DNA of 64,000 bases from an uncultured cyanobacterium (GTDB lineage Bacteria; Cyanobacteriota; Cyanobacteriia; CAKZMO01), in assembly GCA_963719515.1 (NCBI GenBank), contig CAVRCJ010000010.1, positions 64,001 through 128,000 of the forward strand, given 5' to 3'. The notes below the pieces were generated by a model. That model did not search any database, was not told the DNA's origin, and saw nothing but the letters and a program-made list of their open reading frames with translations. Both the position numbers and the translations under genes were made by a program. Shown piece by piece: positions 9,371-19,440 of this stretch (its first letter is position 1; each line of letters opens with the position of its first letter).

Positions 9371-10503
9371 GACAGCGCTCCCATAGAGCGAGATTGTGAT
9401 GTGGACAGGGTACCATTGGTCGCGTCGCTAAACTTGATTGCCAGCCATTTTGCGCCGCCGTAGCAGTCGGAGAAGCGAGCTTGGTCAGCAGGGGTCATCA
9501 CCCGCAGCACAGAGCAGACCTCACGGCCCATCTCTGCTAGCCAATTGACTTCAGCGCCTGGCATATCTGTCAGCATCTGATTGAGGTTGTCCCGCAGCAG
9601 CGTATGAGCCGTGCCCCCGCCAATCAGGATTTCGTAGTTAGGAATGTTGAGCGAGGCGAACTTATCGCTCAGGTGGTGGCGGACCTGCTCCCAATAGTAG
9701 GCTTCTGCTTTCTGACGCCGTTCCGTGAGGGGATACTGCTTGCCGGGCTGATCGGGAAACGCCACGGTGTCAGCGCCGCGAATGAGAGCATCGTAGAGAT
9801 AGGGGTTGTCGGGCTTGCACATGCCCTGGGAAATCGACTGTAGATATTCTAGATAGCCCAGACGCACCGTTCCGCTCGGCTCTCCTGTCGGGGGCTTTCC
9901 CTGCCGGAAAATAAGAAAAGTGAGGTCGCGGTGACCGACAATAACCACTACGTAGGAACTTTGCGGGGGCTGACCATGCTGCATGGCCTGCATTTTTCGC
10001 CACTGCACCAGCCCAGCGCCCTCAGGCAGAATTTTAACGGCCTGAGGCTCAATCGTAATTTCTTTGCCTCGGTACAGAAAAGACGACGTTGAGCTGAGCT
10101 GCTGGCTAACTTCATGCTGATCGCTGAGGTACTCGTCAAACGGGAGGGCAACGCCGATGTCGATGGGCAGCCGGTCAACTTTGAAGCGCTCTGCCAGCTC
10201 GCCAATAGCCCCTAAAATTCGCAGCTTGGCTAGCGTGCTTTTCCGCAGCATCTCCGTGCTCTTGTTGGAGCGGCCTTCAGCGTCATCTGCCAGGGCATAG
10301 CCCTTGCCGTCTACCTGGAGGTAGGCTCCTGAACCAATACCGCCACCAAACTGATCGCCTTGATCGGTCAGTATCTGTAATTCGGAGGGAGGGAGATCGG
10401 CGACTTTGGGCGGACAGAGATAGCTGTAGAAGCTGATGCTATCGCTGAAAGACGCCTTTGTCGCACTCATGCCCAGGTCAACAAAGATTTGAAACTTAGC
10501 CAT
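9367..10503 (-). CDS. ParM/StbA family actin-like ATPase
   Basis: Phosphate-1 VDLGMSATK, connect-1 LPEGAG, phosphate-2-like IVGHRD, adenosine motif IGGGTA; 378 aa. Confidence 0.85.
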   Translation of the reverse strand: MAKFQIFVDLGMSATKASFSDSISFYSYLCPPKVADLPPSELQILTDQGDQFGGGIGSGAYLQVDGKGYALADDAEGRSNKSTEMLRKSTLAKLRILGAIGELAERFKVDRLPIDIGVALPFDEYLSDQHEVSQQLSSTSSFLYRGKEITIEPQAVKILPEGAGLVQWRKMQAMQHGQPPQSSYVVVIVGHRDLTFLIFRQGKPPTGEPSGTVRLGYLEYLQSISQGMCKPDNPYLYDALIRGADTVAFPDQPGKQYPLTERRQKAEAYYWEQVRHHLSDKFASLNIPNYEILIGGGTAHTLLRDNLNQMLTDMPGAEVNWLAEMGREVCSVLRVMTPADQARFSDCYGGAKWLAIKFSDATNGTLSTSQSRSMGALS

Positions 10504-10533
10504 GGTTCTGCTGTACTGCGAGGGAAGCTAGGA

Positions 10534-10553
10534 GCATTATGGCGCATTATGGC
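10534..10553. repeat. 10-bp tandem repeat GCATTATGGC x2 upstream of the parM-like gene
   Basis: Seen directly; on the minus strand each unit contains CATAAT, a -10-like hexamer. Confidence 0.7.
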
Positions 10554-10681
10554 GTTTAGTAACTGTATAACAGGGGGATGATCTGACTTATTACAGATGA
10601 CTTGATAAACCTGTCCTGATTTAGAGTTTATCTGGCGGAATTCTGGTTTTTGGGCTGTCTAGATAAGTGGATGCCTTCTTA

Positions 10682-10860
10682 GAGGGCGTTTGAAAAGTAG
10701 CCAACGCTCTGCATTGCCCCCTCTAACTCCCCTGCGTCCTCCGGACATGCTCCGCGAATACAAAGGGGGAGAATCAGGATTTCCCCCTTTGGCAAGAGGG
10801 AATTAAGGGGGGGGGGAAGCAGTGGCGTAACGCTTTGATCAACGCTTTTCAAACATCTTA
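10682..10860. mobile_element. MITE-like element (~180 bp) with terminal inverted repeats
   Basis: Left end GAGGGCGTTTGAAAAG (10682-10697), right end CTTTTCAAACATCT (10845-10858); internal C-rich/G-rich palindromic segments; no ORF. Confidence 0.7.
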
Positions 10861-10953
10861 GGACTCGGAAACTTTAAGGCCCTTTGAGACCCAAGCTTGA
10901 GACCAATGGACCCTCTACCTGCGATCGCTCTCACCCTTTAGGATATTTCCCTG

Positions 10954-11901
10954 ATGACTCAACTTGCCTCTTCCGCTACCGCTTCGCCCCGCGTGGTCTC
11001 ACTAATTCCTAGCGCCACAGAAATTATTGCAGCGTTGGGACTTTCAGAGCAGCTCGTGGGCCGCTCTCATGAGTGCGACTATCCCCCAACCCTGAGCGAT
11101 CGCGCCGTCTGCACCGCGCCCAAGTTTAACCCTGAAGGCACAAGCCGCGACATTCACGAGCGGGTAAGCGATTTACTGCAGCAGGCCCTAGCGGTGTATC
11201 GCATCAAAACAGAGGTGCTCAAGACGCTGCAGCCCACCCACATCATCACCCAGGCTCAGTGCGATGTGTGCGCCGTTAACCTCAGCGATGTAGAGCAGGT
11301 GGTGGCCGATGTGACGGGGCTTGGAACTCAGATTATCTCGCTCCAGCCCATGACTATTGAGCAGGTGTGGAGCGACATTGACCGCGTCGCCGCCGCCCTA
11401 GCGGTCGACGCCGCGCCGCTGCTCGCCCAGATCCGCAATCGCGTCGCTGCCTGCCAGGAGCGGGTGGCTAATAGCGATCGCCCTACGGTCGCTTGCATTG
11501 AGTGGACGGACCCGGTCATGGTGGCAGGACACTGGATGCCGGAGCTGGTGTCTCTTGCCGGGGGGCGCTCGCTATTCGGCAAGTCGGGGGAGCCGTCTCG
11601 AATTTTAGAGTGGGACGATCTGGTGGCCGCTGACCCCAATGTCATTGTGGTGGTTCCCTGTGGGTATAGCCTCGACCAAACCCGCGACGACATGCAGGGC
11701 ACGCTGGCAAAACATCCCCAATGGTCACAATTGACGGCGGTGCAGTCGGGCCGAGTTGTTTTGGCCGACGGCAACTACTACTTCAACCGCCCCGGGCCCC
11801 GGATCATAGACTCGCTGGAGATTATGGCGGAGATGCTGCACCCAGAGGTGGTGGGGACCTCGCAGCGCCACCACGGTTGGGATTACTACACCGCTGACTA
11901 G
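10954..11901 (+). CDS. Cobalamin/Fe-siderophore binding-fold protein (BtuF-like)
   Basis: RVVSLIPSATEI, GRSHECDYP, FNRPGPRI motifs. Confidence 0.8.
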   Translation: MTQLASSATASPRVVSLIPSATEIIAALGLSEQLVGRSHECDYPPTLSDRAVCTAPKFNPEGTSRDIHERVSDLLQQALAVYRIKTEVLKTLQPTHIITQAQCDVCAVNLSDVEQVVADVTGLGTQIISLQPMTIEQVWSDIDRVAAALAVDAAPLLAQIRNRVAACQERVANSDRPTVACIEWTDPVMVAGHWMPELVSLAGGRSLFGKSGEPSRILEWDDLVAADPNVIVVVPCGYSLDQTRDDMQGTLAKHPQWSQLTAVQSGRVVLADGNYYFNRPGPRIIDSLEIMAEMLHPEVVGTSQRHHGWDYYTAD

Positions 11902-12218
11902 AGGCTCAGCGCGGCCTGCCAGCTGAAGAAGACCGCCATCCCCACCACAATCGTCAGCAGCAGATTTCGCGTTACGCCGCCTACAATCCCCGCAGCGATC
12001 GCCCCCACCAGCCGGGGATTTAGATAGCTCAGGTTCAGCGCCCCGTCTTGAAGCATCACCTCCGGCACGACGATAGCGGTCAGCACCACTGGGGGCACAT
12101 AGCGCAGGGCGCTCAGCACGGCGGGGGAGAGGGCAATGCGGCTGCTGGCCCCAAACATTACGTAGCGAATGGCAAAGGTGGCGATCGCCATGCCGCCAAT
12201 CATCAGAAATTCAGTCAC
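11898..12218 (-). CDS. azlD: AzlD family branched-chain amino acid exporter, small subunit
   Basis: Hydrophobic 106 aa with TFAIR and [13 protein letters not shown]; downstream of azlC. Confidence 0.85.
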   Translation of the reverse strand: MTEFLMIGGMAIATFAIRYVMFGASSRIALSPAVLSALRYVPPVVLTAIVVPEVMLQDGALNLSYLNPRLVGAIAAGIVGGVTRNLLLTIVVGMAVFFSWQAALSL

Positions 12219-12978
12219 GGGGGTTGCCTCCGGTGGGATAAGACTTTTGGGCCAGCGCTCGCTCGCTGCAGACCCCAGCCAAGATGCCGGCGATCGCTGC
12301 CACCATTAGCCCAAGCTTGTGGGGCAGCGGGCCGGCCATCAGGGCGACCAAGCCCGAAACCGCTACGGCTATACCCATAGGCCGGGTTTTGAGGTAGGGA
12401 ATTACCATGCCGATAAAGGTCACCGACATGGCGAAGTCAAGTCCCCAAGCGGTGGCGTTGGGAATCATCTGCCCCACGGTGACCCCAAGCAGCGTGCAGA
12501 GCTGCCAGTTGGCGTACATCACCAGCGCCGCCCCCAGGTAGTACCACTGCTTAAACGGGGATTCATCGTCAGCTTCATAGCGGCGGATAGCAACGGCGAA
12601 CGCTTCGTCGGTGAGCCAAAAGGCGAGAACCGCTTTCCACCGCTGGCTGAGCGGCTTCACGTAGGGCACCAAACTCACGGCATAGAGCAGGTGCCGCAGG
12701 TTGACCACAAACGCCGTCACCACAATCAGCAGCCCGCCCGTGCCGGCAGCCATCATGCCCACGGCGATGAACTGAGACGACCCGGCAAAGACGATCGCCG
12801 ATAGGGCCAGCGTGCCGCCAGCGGAGAAGCCGCTGCTTGGGGCTAGGGTGCCAAAGATGATTCCGAAGGGAACCGCACCCACAACAAGCGGAATGATGTC
12901 CCGCGCTCCGGCCCAAAACTCAGCGCGGGGAGAGGCGTGCTGCGATCGCCTTGAAGTTAGAGGTAAGTCAGTCGGCAT
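12211..12978 (-). CDS. azlC: AzlC family permease
   Basis: [24 protein letters not shown] motifs. Confidence 0.9.
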   Translation of the reverse strand: MPTDLPLTSRRSQHASPRAEFWAGARDIIPLVVGAVPFGIIFGTLAPSSGFSAGGTLALSAIVFAGSSQFIAVGMMAAGTGGLLIVVTAFVVNLRHLLYAVSLVPYVKPLSQRWKAVLAFWLTDEAFAVAIRRYEADDESPFKQWYYLGAALVMYANWQLCTLLGVTVGQMIPNATAWGLDFAMSVTFIGMVIPYLKTRPMGIAVAVSGLVALMAGPLPHKLGLMVAAIAGILAGVCSERALAQKSYPTGGNPRD

Positions 12979-13050
12979 AGCCTTAGTAGAGATCTACAGC
13001 CCTTAGACTATCGGGATCATTCTGCGCAGTCTTGTACGTTTTTAATCGCA

Positions 13051-13344
13051 GTGGGCGAGGTCGCAGTGTACTTGGACGAACAGCGGGAGGAAACCCACCG
13101 GATTCAGGTCCTGGGTGCGGGCAATGTGGTCGGGGCGGTAGACTTTTTCCGCCAGTCGACCCACCAGACGACAGCCATTGTCGAAGCGCCCAGCACCCTC
13201 TACCGACTGTCTAAAGAAAGCTTCCAGCGCATGGAGCAAGAGCACCCCGAGGTCGCTACCGCATTTCAAGCGGTAGTAATTCGGATTTTGGGCGATCGCC
13301 TCACCTATGCCTACAAAGAACTTGCCGATTTGCTGCGATCGTAA
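13051..13344 (+). pseudogene. Isolated cNMP-binding domain fragment, resembling the C-terminus of SulP-type transporters
   Basis: GEVAVY...LGAGNVVGAVDFF...TAIVEAPSTLYRLSKESFQRMEQEHPEVA...LGDRL; no convincing N-terminus. Confidence 0.55.
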
Positions 13345-13495
13345 TGGGGAAAAGGCCCGGTACTGCTGCACAGCGATGAACTGCTCTAGGCAGGCCACGG
13401 CCATTTTTGACGGCTTGTTTGAAGCACTTGGAACGGCTCGGCTACGGAGCGCTGCCTCTCTACCCGCTTGCCAAGCCCTGAGCACCTCCAGGACT

Positions 13496-14362
13496 CTATC
13501 CAGTTTTGCAGCCCCGCGCATACTGCCCGGGTGTCACCCCCAGCATCTTTTTGAAATGGCGATGCAGATGACTTTGGTCTGTAAACCCGATCTCTAGGGC
13601 GGCATCGCTCAGAGACCAGCCTGCCGCAATCAGTCGTTTAGCCTGGTGGACCCGGACATGGTTTAGGTAGGCATGGGGCGGTAGTCCAACCTGCTTGCGA
13701 AAGCTCTGCAGTAGCCGCATTGGACTCAAGTTAACGAGTTCAGCCAACTCGGACAGAGGCGTATTTACGCTGTAGTGAGCCATCAAGTACTCCCGAATGT
13801 CCTCGACGGCGCGGCACTCTTTGCCGGGTGGAGTTCTGGGCCTATGGTCCGTGGAGTAGCGCTCCACAAGCTGAGCCATATCCCACAGGAACTGAGACTC
13901 ACGCTCTAGGGGTGAGGAGGAGGTCTCGAGCGTGCGGTGAAGCTTCACAAGCTGCTGGTTGAGTCGGCAATCTCGAATGACTGGCGAGGGAAAATGGGGC
14001 ACGCCACAGGGACGTCCCGCCAATTCTGTTGCGGCATTTTGCAGCCAATCTACGGCAGGCAGCAGGGTGCGATAGGTCCACCCCGTTTCTAAGGCGGCAT
14101 AGCCTGTATGCATTTCACCGGGGCCGGTGATGACGACAGTGCCCGCCGGAGCAACATGGGTGCTCCCCCGATAATCGAACGCCATGGCCCCCGATTCCAC
14201 GATGGCAATTCCAAATCCCTCGTGGGCGTGCCGAGAGAATGCGTAGGTGACATAAGTAGCCCGCAGCATCTCCAGGTTGTGCAGGGCCGAATCTCGCCAA
14301 AACTTAACCTGCTCTTTTTTGATCTGTTCTTTTCTAGTCTGCGCTTTGGAAGTGGCTGACAT
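13496..14362 (-). CDS. AraC family transcriptional regulator (start probably ATG 14362)
   Basis: Cupin FSRHAHEGF...PGEMHTG; HTH FRKQVGLPPHAY...GFTDQSHLHRHFKKMLGVTPGQY. Confidence 0.9.
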   Translation of the reverse strand: MSATSKAQTRKEQIKKEQVKFWRDSALHNLEMLRATYVTYAFSRHAHEGFGIAIVESGAMAFDYRGSTHVAPAGTVVITGPGEMHTGYAALETGWTYRTLLPAVDWLQNAATELAGRPCGVPHFPSPVIRDCRLNQQLVKLHRTLETSSSPLERESQFLWDMAQLVERYSTDHRPRTPPGKECRAVEDIREYLMAHYSVNTPLSELAELVNLSPMRLLQSFRKQVGLPPHAYLNHVRVHQAKRLIAAGWSLSDAALEIGFTDQSHLHRHFKKMLGVTPGQYARGCKTG

Positions 14363-14874
14363 AGTGACTGTTGACCGAGCTATCTCATTATCAAAGATTG
14401 TCGCAGTACTCCGCCCCTTTAGTGCGGCGGTCGATGGGTTTAGCGTAGATCCCAGGACATGCGCAGCAGCGGCACATGGAGCTAACTGCATCTTTGCCTG
14501 TCGCCCCTCAAACTTTTTCTCTGCAATATCGCCTAATAAAATTTGCCCAACAAAAAATTTGACGCAATCTCACACTTTACGCCCACCTTTCTAGGCTCAC
14601 GTCTCAACGCTGGATAGGTTCGTGAACACTTCATGCTAAGACCTCCGGACTGACCCGCTGTAAGCGGGAAGGATGGAGCAGTTTGAGTTACGGGTGGACC
14701 TGCTGAGTACTGCAGCGGCAATTGTTTAGTGATTAATTCCTATTCTCTAGGCGCTGCCTTACCTAGGTCAAGTTCTACCGCAGCTACAGTTATTTGAGGT
14801 TGAAGTTTGTAATGGGTCAACCCATGCATCGTGCGGAAAGAAGCACCGGCAGCTTGGGCCGTAAGGTGATTTCA

Positions 14875-16212
14875 ATGCTGAAAAAGCTATTTCAGCGACC
14901 GACAACGACATTGACAGCATTAGCCCAGCGCCGGTTGTTGATTACAACTCAGTTTTTCCCACCAGATTTTGCGGCTACTGGTCAGTTAATTGATGAATTG
15001 GCGCAACAGCTCAGCCGCCAAGGACATGGCGTTACGATTTTTACGGGACAGCCAAGCTACGCCTTTGAGGTGGAATCGGCGCCGAGCTACGAACATAAAG
15101 CTGGGGTTGTTGTGAAGCGATCGCGGGTTTCTCGGCTATGGTCGTCCCGAATTCGCGGCAAGATGGTGAGCGGTCTGCTATTTTGCGTGCGAGTCGTCCT
15201 TCATCTAGTGAGGCGAGCCGCGACCTACGACGTGGTGCTGCTCACCACAGCGCCCCCCTTTCTGCCTATTTTGGGCTACCTAGTCTGCCGACTCCTAAAG
15301 CGCCCCTACGTTTGCCTGATCTACGATCTCTACCCAGATATCGCGATCAAGCTTGGGGTAACCAGTGAAGTTCACTGGGTGAGCCGACTGTGGATTTGGG
15401 CCAACCGACAAACCTGGCGGCATGCCCAGGGCATCGTTGTGCTCAGTGCCTCTATGAAAGCGCGAGTGGAGACCTTAGCGCCAGAGGTCAGTGGCAAGCT
15501 CTCCATCATTCACAGCTGGGCTAGCCCCACTCAAATCACCCCTATGGCCAAGGAAGCCAACTGGTTTTCCCACCAGCACCACACCGTAGAGCGCTTCACG
15601 GTGATCTACTCCGGCAACATGGGGCGCTGCCACGACGTCGATACGGTGCTCGATGCCGCCGAGCGGTTGAGGTCTTATCCGATCCAATTTGTATTTATCG
15701 GCGGGGGCGCTAAGCAGCCCTACCTAAAGGCTAGCGCCGACGAGAGGCAGCTCAGCAATTGCCTATTTTTGCCCTATCAAGATAAAGCCGTCTTGCCCTA
15801 CTCGCTGACGGCAGGTGACCTTTCTTTGGTTACCGTTAGCGACGGTATGGAAGAGCTGGTTGCGCCTAGCAAACTGTACTCGGCGCTGGCTGCAGGCCGC
15901 CCTATCGCTATGGTTTGTGCCGCGTCTTCTTACTTAAATCATATGGTTGCCCACGGTCGATTCGGAGCGTCGTTCGAGAATGGGGACAGCTTTGGACTGT
16001 CGGAATTTATCTTATATTTGAGCCGCCATCAGCAGGTCGTAGACGCTATGGGCCATCGAGGGCGGTGCTACCTCGAGCGGTATTTCACGCCCGACTTGAT
16101 TGCGCTGCAGTACAGCCAAGTTCTGTTTGAGCAGGCGGTCATCTCTAGTCTGGTGGATCGCGCCCAGCCGCTGACGGCACCGCTATTTCTGCCAGCTCAA
16201 AAAATTGCGTAA
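14875..16212 (+). CDS. Glycosyltransferase family 4 (WbuB/WcaI-like); start uncertain between 14794 and 14875
   Basis: TQFFPPDFAATG, YDLYPD, YSGNMGRCH, APSKLYSALAAGRP. Confidence 0.88.
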   Translation: MLKKLFQRPTTTLTALAQRRLLITTQFFPPDFAATGQLIDELAQQLSRQGHGVTIFTGQPSYAFEVESAPSYEHKAGVVVKRSRVSRLWSSRIRGKMVSGLLFCVRVVLHLVRRAATYDVVLLTTAPPFLPILGYLVCRLLKRPYVCLIYDLYPDIAIKLGVTSEVHWVSRLWIWANRQTWRHAQGIVVLSASMKARVETLAPEVSGKLSIIHSWASPTQITPMAKEANWFSHQHHTVERFTVIYSGNMGRCHDVDTVLDAAERLRSYPIQFVFIGGGAKQPYLKASADERQLSNCLFLPYQDKAVLPYSLTAGDLSLVTVSDGMEELVAPSKLYSALAAGRPIAMVCAASSYLNHMVAHGRFGASFENGDSFGLSEFILYLSRHQQVVDAMGHRGRCYLERYFTPDLIALQYSQVLFEQAVISSLVDRAQPLTAPLFLPAQKIA

Positions 16213-16294
16213 GCCGGGCCTCTGGCTCGCCATCAGGGGCAGCACCGTGACCTGATTTGCAGCACTCAGTAACACTGCTTAAACCAATTTATTT

Positions 16295-17392
16295 ATGACA
16301 TATCTCTCTGCCCTCGATCTATCAAGATCGACCACAGGTTGGGGACTTTGCTTGACTCCGATCGGCGCTGGCGGCCTCGCCCTGTGTCTCACCCCCTGGG
16401 TGAGAGCAGCTGCGCAGCTGCTCGGCTACCTAGATGCCCCTGACGCCCGAAAAGTTCACTCCCAGCCTGTAGTCCGCCTGGGGGGAGTCGCCATCAGCGT
16501 GGCCACCTTGGTCAGCGTGGCGATCGCCCTGCTGCTCTTGCCCATAGAGACGGCGAGACCGCTGCTTGGCGTCTTGGGCGGCAGTCTAGGATTTTTTCTG
16601 ATTGGGCTCGCAGACGACTTGATTGGCCTATCGCCCTATTCGCGTTTGGTTCTACAGGGCCTAGTGGCGGCGGGAAGCTGGAGCCTAGGGGTGCGCATTG
16701 ACGTAATTTCTCTGTTGGGGCCTGGCGCCATTAGCCTCGGCCTACTTAGCCTGCCCATCAGCGTCGTTTGGATGACCGGCGTGGTCAATGCGATCAACTG
16801 GATCGATGGCCTCGACGGTCTCGCAGCGGGTATCTCCACCATCGCGGCCCTAGTCCTATTTGTCCTCTGTCTACCGTTTGGCGCGCTGGGAGAAGAGGTG
16901 ATTTTCCTAGCTCTCATCGGTAGCTTGATGGGCTTCCTCCGCTACAACTTCAACCCTGCTCAAATTTTCATGGGGGATGGGGGCTCTTACTTCATTGGCT
17001 TCTTGCTCAGCAGCATGAGCGTCACGGCCCTGACCGCTCAAAGTTCAGACCATCCTTCGGCTTTGGCGATCGCTCTACCTCTGTTGGTTTTGGGCGTTCC
17101 GCTGGGGGACATGGTCTTTGTGATTGCAGCCCGGCTGTGGCGCGGCCAGTCTCCCTTTGAGGCGGACCGAGGTCACGTTCACCACCGGCTCATGGCCGCT
17201 GGGTTGACCCACCGCCAGACGGTGCTATTCCTCTACGGCGCTACCCTGTGGCTGGGGGGGCTGGCGCTGACTGGGATTAACGTCTGGGGCGGCGTGATGG
17301 GAATGGCGATTGGGCTAGGGGCCATGGGAGGACAGCTCTGGCACTCTCGGCACGCCGTTCTGTGGCGGGACGACCTCAGCGCTAGCCGCTAA
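16295..17392 (+). CDS. WecA/TagO-like polyprenyl-phosphate GlcNAc-1-phosphate transferase (MraY family)
   Basis: RKVH..PVVRLGG, GLADD, NAINWIDGLDGLA, IFMGDGG, DRGHVHHRL. Confidence 0.9.
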   Translation: MTYLSALDLSRSTTGWGLCLTPIGAGGLALCLTPWVRAAAQLLGYLDAPDARKVHSQPVVRLGGVAISVATLVSVAIALLLLPIETARPLLGVLGGSLGFFLIGLADDLIGLSPYSRLVLQGLVAAGSWSLGVRIDVISLLGPGAISLGLLSLPISVVWMTGVVNAINWIDGLDGLAAGISTIAALVLFVLCLPFGALGEEVIFLALIGSLMGFLRYNFNPAQIFMGDGGSYFIGFLLSSMSVTALTAQSSDHPSALAIALPLLVLGVPLGDMVFVIAARLWRGQSPFEADRGHVHHRLMAAGLTHRQTVLFLYGATLWLGGLALTGINVWGGVMGMAIGLGAMGGQLWHSRHAVLWRDDLSASR

Positions 17393-18936
17393 AAATCAAA
17401 GTAAATATAAGGCAAACTCTCTGATGGCGCGAGCAGCCACGCCAGATAGATCAAAACGGGAGCCAGCGCGACCTTGAGGTACCAGTTAAACTGCAGCTTC
17501 AGCCCCTGACGAAACCCCTGCACGACCGCCATCACTCCGAGCACCGCCAGCAGCATGAGAATGACCTGAAAGCGGCTAGCCTGTAGCCCTTCTGCGTAGA
17601 TCTTGGGCGCGAACTGAATGTCGGCAGTCTGTCCGATGAGTCGACTCAGGGCTAGCTTATAGGTCTGAGGGTCAGGAAGTCGAAAGAAGATCCAGGCAAA
17701 GCAGACTGTAGACTGGGTAAGCCCCCAGCCCAGAAATAGTCCCAAAGGCTGGCCCCAAAACTGAGCCACAGCGGGCGATCGCCTGGCGAGCTGGTCCGTC
17801 AGCCGATGGACGGCAAGGGCGACCCCGTGAATTAGCCCCCAAATAATGAACCCCCAGCCTGGATTGTGCCAAATTCCGGCAATGACCATCACGATCACCA
17901 AGTTGAGGCAGGTGCGTAGAAGACCCCGCCGCGAGCCGCCCAGGGGAAAGTACAGGTAGTTTCGCAGCCAGTCGCCCAAGGTAATGTGCCACCGCCGCCA
18001 AAAGTCGGCAATGCTGGCGGAGAAGTACGGGGCGCGAAAGTTTTCGGGCAGATAGATGCCCAGCAAAATAGCGCTACCTCGAGCCACGTCGACATAGCCG
18101 CTGAAGTCGAGGTAGATCTGCAGGCCGTAGGCCACAGTGGCCAGCCAAATGTCCCCGCTGCCCGCCCGCTCTAGGTTGGCAAAACTGAGGTTGACTAAGG
18201 TGGCCAGGTGATCCGCCAGCAGCAGCTTTTTGACCGCTCCCACCGCGATCAGCCACAGCCCGTCAACCCCCTGCTCAAGCCGGAGGGGCAAGCGGTGCGC
18301 CAGCTGGCTTTCCATCGCGTGATAGCGGGTAATTGGCCCTGAGAGCAGCTTGGGAAAAAACAGCTTGTAGGTAACGAACTGTAGCAGATGGACGGCGGCG
18401 GGGGCTCCGCGATAGACATCTACCAGGTAGGCGATGCATTCAAACACAAAGTAGCTAAGGCCCAAAGGCGCAATTAGCTGGGCGATAGGGTTAGTGCTGG
18501 GCGGGGGTATGGGAAGAGTCGTCAGCGCCGGCTGGGCCACCGTCAGCAAAAAGGAAAGATACTTGAACCCCACTAGCGCTAGCACCAGCAGCCCGATACT
18601 CAACCCCAGCAGTCCCAGCCGTCGCCGGTTCCAGTCGGGTTCTGAGGGCTGCTCCTTTGAGTACGCTTTCTCTGAATACCCGGCTGCGGGATAACCGCTC
18701 GGCGCACCGAAGTCAGAGGGATAGGCCTGCCTACTGGCGGCCATGGCCTTACCGACCTCAAACGTAATCAGCGCTAGCGCCAGCAGCAGCGGCACGTACT
18801 GAAGCTGCAGCGACCCGTAAAAGACTACGCTAGCCAGCAGCAAAACCCCGAGCCGCAGCGATCGCGACTCCTGTAGCCAGTACAGCCCCAGCACGCTGAG
18901 CAGGAAAATGCCGTAGGTAATCGAGAGTAGCGTCAT
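17389..18936 (-). CDS. MBOAT family O-acyltransferase (AlgI/DltB-like)
   Basis: PLGLSYFVF, QIYLDFSGY, FWRRWHITLGDWLRNYLYFPLGG, GIWH. Confidence 0.92.
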   Translation of the reverse strand: MTLLSITYGIFLLSVLGLYWLQESRSLRLGVLLLASVVFYGSLQLQYVPLLLALALITFEVGKAMAASRQAYPSDFGAPSGYPAAGYSEKAYSKEQPSEPDWNRRRLGLLGLSIGLLVLALVGFKYLSFLLTVAQPALTTLPIPPPSTNPIAQLIAPLGLSYFVFECIAYLVDVYRGAPAAVHLLQFVTYKLFFPKLLSGPITRYHAMESQLAHRLPLRLEQGVDGLWLIAVGAVKKLLLADHLATLVNLSFANLERAGSGDIWLATVAYGLQIYLDFSGYVDVARGSAILLGIYLPENFRAPYFSASIADFWRRWHITLGDWLRNYLYFPLGGSRRGLLRTCLNLVIVMVIAGIWHNPGWGFIIWGLIHGVALAVHRLTDQLARRSPAVAQFWGQPLGLFLGWGLTQSTVCFAWIFFRLPDPQTYKLALSRLIGQTADIQFAPKIYAEGLQASRFQVILMLLAVLGVMAVVQGFRQGLKLQFNWYLKVALAPVLIYLAWLLAPSESLPYIYFDF

Positions 18937-18984
18937 GGCGCGATCGCGTCGTAGGGTAAGGGGGGACCAACAGCACAGTTCACA

Positions 18985-19395
18985 ATGCTCAATTTAACAG
19001 TTCGAGCCCCCCTCGCCGTGGCGCTGGGCGCGATTGCCGGAGCGCTGTGTCGCTACTACATTAGCCGCTGGATTTCCCTCACTGGTTTTTTAGGCAGCGC
19101 CGATAGCGGCTTTCCCGCAGGCACTTTTGGGGTCAACATCAGCGGCTGTCTGCTGATGGGCCTAGCCGCTGCCCTAAGCGATCGCCTAGGCCTAGCGCCC
19201 GATCTAAAGCTACTGCTGACTACGGGGGCACTGGGAGCCTATACCACCTTCTCCACCTATAACCTGGAGACTGTTGCCCTACTGCAGCGGGGCCGTCTGT
19301 GGACCGCAGGGCTGTACTGGGCAGGCAGCGCTGCGGTCGGTCTGGCCGCGCTGTGGGCCGGGTTCAGTTTGGGGGGGGTAGGGTCCCGCAGCTAA
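18985..19395 (+). CDS. crcB: Fluoride channel CrcB/FluC
   Basis: GAIAGALCRY, FPAGTFGVNISGC, TGALGAYTTFSTY. Confidence 0.93.
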   Translation: MLNLTVRAPLAVALGAIAGALCRYYISRWISLTGFLGSADSGFPAGTFGVNISGCLLMGLAAALSDRLGLAPDLKLLLTTGALGAYTTFSTYNLETVALLQRGRLWTAGLYWAGSAAVGLAALWAGFSLGGVGSRS

Positions 19396-19440
19396 CGCTT
19401 TCTCCCTTCAAACCCCAGCTAGCCTAGACCCTGAATTAGC

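Noticed and set aside
10560..10953. Cobalamin riboswitch upstream of the btuF-like gene
   Set aside because: No B12-box recognised; the structure there is explained by the MITE-like element
13042..13521. 159-aa minus-strand ORF between araC and azlC
   Set aside because: It overlaps both araC and the cNMP fragment and has no recognisable family features
18937..18984. Fluoride riboswitch upstream of crcB
   Set aside because: Only 48 nt separate the divergent genes and no riboswitch consensus is visible
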